A stretch of DNA of 64,000 nucleotides from Felis catus (taxonomy: Eukaryota). Location of the stretch: positions 14,758,001-14,822,000 of the forward strand of contig NC_058369.1 of assembly GCF_018350175.1 (NCBI RefSeq), read 5' to 3'. A program made the translations under genes and the position numbers. Shown here piece after piece: positions 1 to 64,000 of this stretch; positions within the stretch are counted from its first letter, which is position 1, and each line of letters begins with the position of its first letter. The notes beneath the pieces are model-generated. The model saw only the letters and a program-made list of their open reading frames with translations, searched no databases and was not told the DNA's origin.

Positions 1-762
1 AACCTGGAATACCTTTGAAATCTTAAAAGAGAAACTCTAATTGTCACTAGACAATGATGTAAACTTGTACTTTTCTCAAGCAGCACGAGCAAGACATTGC
101 TTATAGGTATCCTAAGGAAATGGAATTACTTTTCATCTGTTTTTTGAGGAGTAGAGACCATAGGTAGGTAGTACTTTTCCCTAACGGTTTACCCAAGATT
201 AGAATACTTATCCTTTTCACATTCTACTATTTATCACTCTGCATCATCTTAAATTACCTGGATTAATTTTTAGTACTTGAGTGTTTCAGAATCAATCACG
301 ATAGGGAATTGTATAGATTTCCCAAGATATGTCACTACTTAATCTCTTCTATTATCTAATCTTCTCCCCAGGTTATTGTGATCTGTATATATTATTGAGA
401 AGAGGATAAAATCAAGATTCTACAATGCAGGTCCCTTGTTCTGCACAGAGGACATCTTCCTTCATGATTTTTTTTTTCAGGCAAGAAGACCAAGCCTGAT
501 GTAACAAACAGTGTTAAGTGACTTGTGGAAGATGACGAGGATGTCGAGGGTCAGGGAACCTGGTCATCAGGGGTTTACAATCGGAGAAGGTAACGATACA
601 TGCCGGACAAGGAAGAGGAGGGGCATCCTGCAGGAATGCCTGGGAGTACAGTACATGCACACATACACACAGAACATTCCCAGGACAGTGTTACTGTAAC
701 CATAGTCATCTTTGAGAAAGTACCTTGTAAGTATCATGAACTTGAGAGACAGTTTCCTGTAA

Positions 763-1623
<861 letters not shown>

Positions 1624-1790
1624 AACTTGGGATATAAACCATGTGGAAAGATTTGTATGAAAATGCCACCCCCCACCTCCAAATTCTTAGATATTGAAGA
1701 CTAAGTCTTCAGCTGGGATGAATGTTCTATATGTTGAGCAAGAGGCAGTGTGTCCTGAAAGTTAAGAAAATAGATCAGAATTAGATAGTC

Positions 1791-2004
1791 TTTTTTTTTT
1801 CAACGTTTATTTTATTTTTGGGACAGAGAGAAACAGAGCATGAACGGGGGAGGGGCAGAGAGAGAGGGAGACACAGAATCGGAAACAGGCTCCAGGCTCC
1901 GAGCCATCAGCCCAGAGCCTGACGCGGGGCTTGAACTCACGGACCGCGAGATCGTGACCTGGCTGAAGTCGGACGCTTAACCGACTGCGCCACCCAGGCG
2001 CCCC
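1791..2004 (-). mobile_element. Young felid Can-SINE (SINEC_Fc-like)
   Basis: Full tRNA-derived head, (CT)n and A tail; TSD GAATTAGATAGTCTT at 1778 and 2005. Confidence 0.92.
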
Positions 2005-3232
2005 GAATTAGATAGTCTTGAGTTTGATGCCTTCTCTGCCACATAATGGGTGTACGACCTGATTCTGAGCCTGCTTTCCCCATCCTCAAAAGAATAATGA
2101 CGATATTTACTAGGGTTATCTTTAAAACTTTTTTTTTAACGTTTATTTATTTTTGAGACAGAGAGAGACAGAGCATGAACGGGGGAGGCTCAGAGAGGGA
2201 GACACAGAATCTGAAACAGGCTCCAGGCTCTGAGCTGTCAGCACAGAGCCCGACACGGGGCTCGAACTCACGGACCGCGAGATCATGACCTGAGCCGAAG
2301 TCGGCCGCTTAACCGACTGAGCCACCCAGGCGCCCCTACTAGGGTTATCTTGAGAATAAAATGAGTTGTATGTAATAAATAACTTCCATTAATTGGTTTT
2401 GAGTTATAGATGTTCCAAAAATATTTAAATCTGGCTACTGAAAACAAGCAATGTTCAGCATTACCGTTTTTGGTTCTTGATGTACTTTCAGTGTTTATTT
2501 TTGCGAGAGAGAGAGAAAGAGAGAGAGCGAGCGCATGTGCAAGTGGGGGAAGGGCAGAGGGACACACAGAATCCAAAGCAGGCTCCAGGCTCTGAGCTGT
2601 CAGCACACTTGGGGCTTGAACTCACAAACTGAGAACATGACCTGAGCTGAAGTCAGATGCTGAACCGACTGAGCCACCCCGGCACCCCTCAGTATATTTT
2701 TTAAGAGCATTCTTGATTTCATTTTTTTTTTTTTTTTGTAATCTCTATACTCAACGTGGAGTTCAAACTCATAACCCCAAGACCAAGAGTCATGTGCTTT
2801 TCTGACTGAGCCAGTCGGGTGCCCCTTAACATTCTTGAAATTGGGCTATGATTTCATGCTTTATCTACAGAAGGTTATTTAAACTATGTCTAGATTTAAA
2901 TAGGAGAATACAATATAAGACTACCCTTGGGAAAACTCAGATTTAGAGAAAAAAGAAATTATTGGTATTTGAGTGGACATTGTGCAGTGGATTTCTGGGT
3001 CCCCTGAAGCGCCTTCTTTAGATTTTGTTACCCTCACTATTGGACCTTATGTCACTGTAAGCTCTAGACTTCTCTTTTCCGTGAAAAGGAAAGCCTTGCT
3101 GACTCTAACTGAATAAAAACTCGTGTTGTGGGACTTTTGTTTGGTTGGGGAGTGGTGAGGAGAAGTTCTGTGAAAATAAAGAGGGGTGGAAATAGCATGT
3201 TGATTACTATGTGGATGTGCTTGCTTGGAATT

Positions 3233-3664
3233 TGTGAGACTGAATAAAGAAAACCTCATTTAAAATGGGAGTTGGGAGGCCAGAAGGGGGAGCTCACACA
3301 TACCACACCTCACACCTCGCACCTCGCAGAACCAAAAGAAAGAGCCACACCTTGCATTCCTAACGGGGAAGAAGCCTACTCTACTAATCCCCGCCCAGGG
3401 AACAGCCCAGCCCAGGAGACGGTCACAACTCAGCCAATGAAAAGCCACGACACTTGAAACACCCAGTGTAGCTAAAGGAGTTTTGTTTATAGCAGCTCCT
3501 CCCAATTCCCCCTTTCCTCGGTAAAAGAGCCGTCCTCTCCTCTGTTCTCCCGACTTGCCGATGGTTTTATAGTAGCTTGCATGTCCTGAATTGCAACCGT
3601 CTACCATTTTCAAGTAAATCCATTTTGCTCGTAAAATAACTGACTTTTATTTTTAAAGGTAACG
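3233..3664 (+). mobile_element. Solo ERV LTR (ERV1-like)
   Basis: Starts TGTGAG and ends ...GGTAACG (CA terminus altered). Flanked by AATT direct repeats (3229-3232, 3665-3668). Internal CCAAT at 3434, TATA-like GTAAAAG near 3521 and AGTAAA near 3613. Confidence 0.65.
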
Positions 3665-4323
3665 AATTCTCGGAGCACAACAGGAAAGGAGGCCTCTTAA
3701 GGGAACAGGAAGGGCAGGAGGCGTGGAGTTCTCAGGTGTCAGCAGGAGGTACCAGTGAGCGACAACTTGCGGTTTATTCTTCTCATGTGTTAACGAGTCC
3801 AGAGGCTGGCAGTCCGTGGCTGCTGTAGCAGCTCCTCCAGGCATGCTGCCAAGACCCAAGTGCCTTCAGTCTTTCCACTGTACCACCCAGAGCAAAGGTC
3901 TGCCTTCCTTAGGCCAGAAAAGGGCTCTGCTCTTGCTACGTTCCGTGTATGTGCTCCGGATGGTATGTAGCGAGGACGAAGGTTCATGCTTGCCAAATCT
4001 GCTTTTTTGTATCAAACACCTGGAGGCTTTATTAAGTAGACTTCACTTGTATCTCTCTCTCTTCTTTTAATGTTTATTTTTTATCTTTTTTAACAAATTT
4101 TTTTTACCTTTATTTTTGAGAGACAGAGACAGACAGAGCACAAGTGGGGGAGGGGCAGAGAGAGAAGGAGACACAGAATCCGAGGCAGGCTCCAGGCTCC
4201 GAGCTGTCAGCACAGAGCCCGATGCGGGGCTCGAACTCACAAACTGTGAGATTGTTACCTGTGCCGAAGTCAGAAGCTTAACCGACTGAGCCCCCCCCAG
4301 GCGCCCCTTTAATATTTATTTTT

Positions 4324-4355
<32 letters not shown>

Positions 4356-5143
4356 ATGAGCTGGGGAGGAGCAGAGAGAGACGGGGACAGAGGATCCAAA
4401 GCAGGCTCTGTGCTGACAGCCAAGAGCCTGAGGCGGGGCTCAAACTCATGAGCCGTGAGATCATGACCTGAGCCAAAGTTGGACGCTTAACTGAATGAGC
4501 CACCCAAGAGCCTCTCCCTGCTTTTATACTGTTATCAACTATAGTTACCATGTTATATATTAGATCCTCACTTGTATCAAGATCACTTGTATTAGGTCCT
4601 CAACTGTACAAGACCCACTTCTATCTCTAAAATTGCCAGGACTGTTATACGGCTACCTTTAGCAGGAGCTGGGGAAGTATTCTTAACTAGCCACATTATC
4701 ATCTTCCTCATCCGAAGTGCCCTTCTGCTCATGAAGATACTGAAGATTTTGTCATTTAATGACAAAATCATCAAATGACAAAATTCTCAATAGCAATTAT
4801 GTTAAGTTTTTGAATTTTACTGATCAGGAAAAACACTCATAACGACATGTAACAAGCAGGACAGATTAATATGCACAACATAATCCCAATTTTGTTTAAA
4901 AAATATAATTTACATACATACATACATGCCCCACACATGGAAGTTCCAAAATGTTAATAGTTGGTAATATCTACAGAGTTTGCATCATGTCAAAGGGGTA
5001 TTGATAAACAAAGTTTTTATCATACATTTTTTCCGAATTTTCTAAATTTTCTGTAATGAACTTGTATTATCTTTAAATAGGAAAAAAGATGCCATTTTAA
5101 AAAATACCCCATAAACTCTAAAGGAAGACCAAGTCCAAAATAT

Positions 5144-59330
<54,187 letters not shown>

Positions 59331-60439
59331 GTAGGCGATCTGAAGCACTTCTTCGATCCTAAGTCAGTTTGATCTCATTTTGTTAACAGTGGAGAGAATC
59401 TGCACTGATGGTTGCCAGATACGATAGAATCTCTTGCAGACGGTTAACTCCAGGGTGACTCTGGTCCTAGTGTTCTGATGGGGTGCTCCAGGGGTGGGGT
59501 GGGGTGGGAAAGAATGTGGCATTTGAAATCAGACCTGGGTTCAAATTTTCATCTGTCACTAAACTTAGGCAGGATTTCCTAACTTCTTTAAAAAAATATT
59601 TCTTTTAATGTTTATTTATATTTTGAGAGACAGAGAGAGAGCACAAGTTGACGGAGGGCAGAGAGAGAGGGAGACACAGAATCCGAAGCAGGCTCTGAGC
59701 TATCAGCACAGAGATGTCTCGAACTCATGAGACATGAGATCATGAACTGAGCCGACGTCAGATGCTCAACCAACTGAGCCACCCAGGCGCCCCAGGGTTT
59801 CCTAATGTCCAAGCCTCATATTTATGATCTCCAAATTAAGGGTGAGACTAATTTGACTGTAGGTTTTTTAGAACATCAAATGGGATAGTAGAGTGCCTGG
59901 CGCCTGGTGGATCTCGGCAGCTGTTGCTATAATGTACTGTGTACCCACAGCTGTTGTAGAAGAATAGACATTTTAAAGACAAAGACCCCTAAAGGATCCA
60001 GGTAACACTAATAATACTAGGAGGGCTTCTTTCCCTAAACAGCCATAGCCTTCATAAAAGAAAAAAAAATGAACATCTAAGAATGTGGAGAGGAGGAGAA
60101 GCAAAACATTAAAGAGGTGATGATGCTGATGCCAGTGATTGAGCTTTTGGACCAAATTCTCTGAAGGCTAAAAAAATGTTTCTTATACATCTTAAAAATA
60201 GATGTTTATCCCTACTGGTTATTTTACAAGGGATATTTTTGGTGTCGCTTAATAGGAGACTTCTTTTAAAAGAAGTTTTATTCATTCATTTGAATAGGCA
60301 ATTCACATGACTGGAATTGTTAAAGGTACAAAGAATATATGGTGACAAGTCTCTCCCTGCTGTCCTTCCTGCCGACCATCCAAGGCCCTTTTTGGAAGTA
60401 GTCACTGTTACTCAGTCTTGGTTTTGGTTTCCATCCTTT

Positions 60440-61274
60440 AATTTTTAATTTTTTCTTTTTTTCAATTTTAATTGAATTCTAGTTTACATACAATATCATT
60501 GTTGTAGCTTCAGATGTACAACATAGTAATGTGACCATTCTATACGTTGTGCAGTGCTTACCCAGTAAGTATAGTCCCCATCTGTCACCATACAGAGTTA
60601 TTACAATATGATTGACTGTAATCCCTATGCTGTACATTACATCCCTTTGGCTTATTTATTTTACAACTGGGAGTTTGTAACTCTTAATCCCCTTAGGCCA
60701 TCTCACCTATCTTCCCCAACCCCTTCTCCTCTGGCAACCACCATGAGTCTATTTCTGGTTTGTTTTGTTTTGTATTTAATTAATTAATTAATTTTTAATA
60801 GGGGCCCCTGGGTGGCCCAGTCATTTAAGCGTCTGACTTCGGCTCAGGTCATGATCTCATGTCTCATGAGTTCGAAACATCTCTGTGCTGACAGTTCAGA
60901 GCCTGGAGTCTGCTTCAGATTCTGTGTCTCCCTCTCTCTCTATCCCTTCCCAACTCGTGCTGTGTGTTTGTGTCTCTCCAAAATAAATAAACATTAAAAA
61001 AAGATTTATAAAAAAATGTTTTTAATGTTTATTTTTGAGTAATCTCCACACCCACTGTGGGACTTGAACCCACAACCCTGAGATCAAGAGTCTCACAGTC
61101 TACTGACTGAGCCACGCAGGCACCCCTTGTTTTGTTGTTTTAGATTCCATATTTAAGTGAAATCATATAGTATTTGTCTTTTTCTGACTTATTTCACTTA
61201 GCATGATACCCTCTATGTCCATCCATGCTGTCACCAATGGCAAGATCTCAGTCTTTTTTATGGCTGAGTAATAT

Positions 61275-61318
<44 letters not shown>

Positions 61319-61930
61319 CATCTTTATCCATTCGTCTATTGATGGACACTTGGGTTGCTTGTATGTCTTGGCTATTGGAAATAATGCTGCAGAAAAACAT
61401 AGGGGTGCATATATTTTTTTCAAATTAGTGTTTCCATTTTCTTTATGTAAATACCCAGCAGTAGAATTTTGCTGGACCTATTGTAGTTCTATTTTAACTT
61501 TTTGGGAAACCTCCATACTGTTTTTCACAGCGGCTGCACGATTTACATTCCCACCAACAGTGCAGGAGGACTTCCTTTCTCTTGTCCTTTTAATACTAGC
61601 CATTCTGACAGGTGTGAGGTGTTGATTGCTCATGGTGGTTTTGATCTGTGTTTCCCTGATGCTGAGTGATGTTGAGCATTTTTTCATGTGCATGCTGCCC
61701 ATCTGGATGTTTTCTGTGGAGAAATGTCTATTTGGGTCCTCTGTCCTTTTTTAATTGGATTATTTGGGGTTTTTTGGTTTTGAGTTTTATGAGTTCTTTA
61801 TATATTTTAGATCTTAAACTCTTATTGAATGTCATTTGCAAGTATCTTCTGCCATTCAGTAGGTTGCCCTTTTGTTTTGTTGGTGGTTTCCTTTGCTGTG
61901 CAAAAGCCTTTTACTTTGATGTCCCACTTG
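60440..61930 (-). mobile_element. Older L1 3' portion, antisense, interrupted by SINEs and (TG)n
   Basis: Minus-strand peptides KQPKCPSIDEWIK...EYYSAIKKTEILP and [20 protein letters not shown]. Confidence 0.75.
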
Positions 61931-64000
61931 CTTATTCCTTTTTTCTTATTTTACACAAATGGTAACGTATTATACATATCATTCTACACCTGGTTTTTTT
62001 TGGATTTTCCTTAGAGTGTGTCCCATGACTAAAAAGAACTTTCTCTCTTGTTTTGTTTTGTTTTGTTTTTTGACAGCTGCACATAAATCTGTTCTATGGA
62101 TGTATCATGATTTATTTAACCTCGAAAATGCTATTTTAAAAAATAAAGGTAGAATGTTTTTCTTTGGTCTTTAAAAATGATGGCCTTTAAATTCTGTGTA
62201 GGAGATTATTTTAAAATATTTGCAGAGGGGCTCCTGGGTGGCTCATTAAGCATCTGACTCTTGGTTATGGCTCAGGTCATGATCTCACAGTTTGTGGGTT
62301 CAGTCCTCACATCGGGCTCTACACTGACAGTGTGGAGTCTGCTTGGGATTCTCTCTCTCTTTCTGCCCCTCCCCTACTTGCACACGCTCTCTCTTTCTCT
62401 CTCAAAATAAACTAAGAAAAAAAAAATTCCTGGGGTGCCTGGGTGGCTCAGTCAGTTAAGTGTCTGACTCTTGATTTCGGCTCCGGTGGATGGGATTAAG
62501 CCCTGAGTTGGGCTCTGCACTGACATTATGGAACCTACTTGGGATTCTCCATCCCTCTCTCTCTCTACCCATTCCCCACTCTCTGTCTCTATCAAATAAA
62601 TAAACATTAAAAAAATACTTGTACAACATTGCCAAATGTTTTATAATCCTGTGTTTGTAGCCCTCTACCTTGGTAGAATTCTAGAGCTTGAAGCACCATG
62701 CATGGCAGGCTAGTCCTACTTCCTCCATTTATAGCTCTGCACATAAGACTAAAGTGATAACGTTTTGCCAAGAGTAGCCCAGCCCTTCAGAGCTTTCGTT
62801 GTTGTTCGTTTTCAACTATATGAGTACTTTATGAATACGTTCTTCTTGTTTAGAAGAAACATATACATACATCTGTAAGTTTCGGTTCAAGTTCTTTTTC
62901 AGCACTCTTGCCAGTCAGGTTCTAATCCAGTCCTTCATCCCCCATCCCTGGGAGTCATTTGTTATCAGTTTAGGAATCTTTTTACTTGGCAGTTTTCTAT
63001 GGTAAATATGCATGGACTGGGAAAATATACCAAGTTATTTCATACATTGTTTTTTTGTTGTGCTTTGTTTTTAAAATTCAATGGAATCATCCTACGTATG
63101 TTATTCTTCAGTGGACCTTTGTTAACTGGGTTATGCTGGGGTCATTCCACATTAACTAGTACGTAGAGCTCTACCTCATTTTACATCTAGGCTGCCATGT
63201 TTTGGACAACCCATGGCTTGTTTAGGTGTTTGCCAGGGTAGGTAGGTGTTCTTTGGGGGTGGAGTCTGTGGACGGAGTGGTCGTCTTCTGATGTCTCAGG
63301 AGTGGGGTCATTCCCATTCAAGTGACCACTGGGTGTCTGCACCATGTGCTCTCCCAGGAGGTCTGGGAGCCCTCACTGCCCAGCGCCAGCCCCTGGAACT
63401 GGCACTGTCTGACTCTTTAATGTTTGACAGTCTGATGGGTGAGGGATGTTATCTTGTGAAGGTTTTAAGCCTCATTTCTTTTACTTCTGTTAAAGTCTCA
63501 TATCTATGATTGCTGTCCTTTTTCATGGAGGAAAAAGAAAAATAAGTCTGTTTTCCTATTAGTTGTTTTACCTTCTGATTTGTAGTTTTTAACGTGTTAC
63601 TCTTTTGTGTGTTGTACGTACTACTGCCAGTGTATTCGCCATCAGGTTGTTTGTCCTTTTGTATGTGATTCTGTTAAAAAGAACTTTTTCAATTTTGATA
63701 TAGCCAGGTTTATTCATCTTTCGTATTTGTGACTTACGTATTTTTTTTCTGGGTACAGTATACTTGATTGATGGTATGTGAGAAGGTAGGGCTCCCCAAG
63801 CCCCTCTCCTTTTTCAGGGGGCCTGGGATGGAAACTGTGTAGAGGTCAGGAGATTCTCAGTGTGTTGGGGATGAGTTGGGGAAAGGACTCCTCAGAAGCT
63901 GAGGGCCTCTGTCTTCCCCTTGCTCTCCTCAGGGCTGGTGGTCCAGGAGATGTTTACTCCTTGAATGCCATGTGGACCATGAGGTCTACCACCCGGTTGC

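Overview
Mammalian genomic DNA, almost certainly felid (many near-identical SINEC_Fc-type Can-SINEs and carnivore L1). The window covers the ZNF501 - KIAA1143 - KIF15 region. ZNF501 is a 9-finger C2H2 CDS in one exon (835-1623, +). KIAA1143 has three coding exons on the - strand (157 aa). It is head-to-head with KIF15 across a 261-bp CpG-rich bidirectional promoter. KIF15 coding exons 1-16 (657 codons, + strand) are present and the gene continues beyond the window. Introns are dense in SINEs, L1, L2, hAT MITEs, LTRs and a near-full-length Tigger1. The most striking observation is at the KIF15 exon 10 donor. A SINE and then a young L1 inserted at the same endonuclease site inside the exon end, leaving three copies of the splice donor. 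The L1 ORF2 C-terminus lies exactly in frame with the kinesin motor domain and is followed by a sense polyA signal. Other notable items are an unidentified polyadenylated 3'UTR-like retrocopy inside a SINE, an apparent gene-conversion tract between inverted SINEs, a local templated duplication and a (CG)11 tract. Gene and repeat-family names come from my recall of these sequences, not from a database search.
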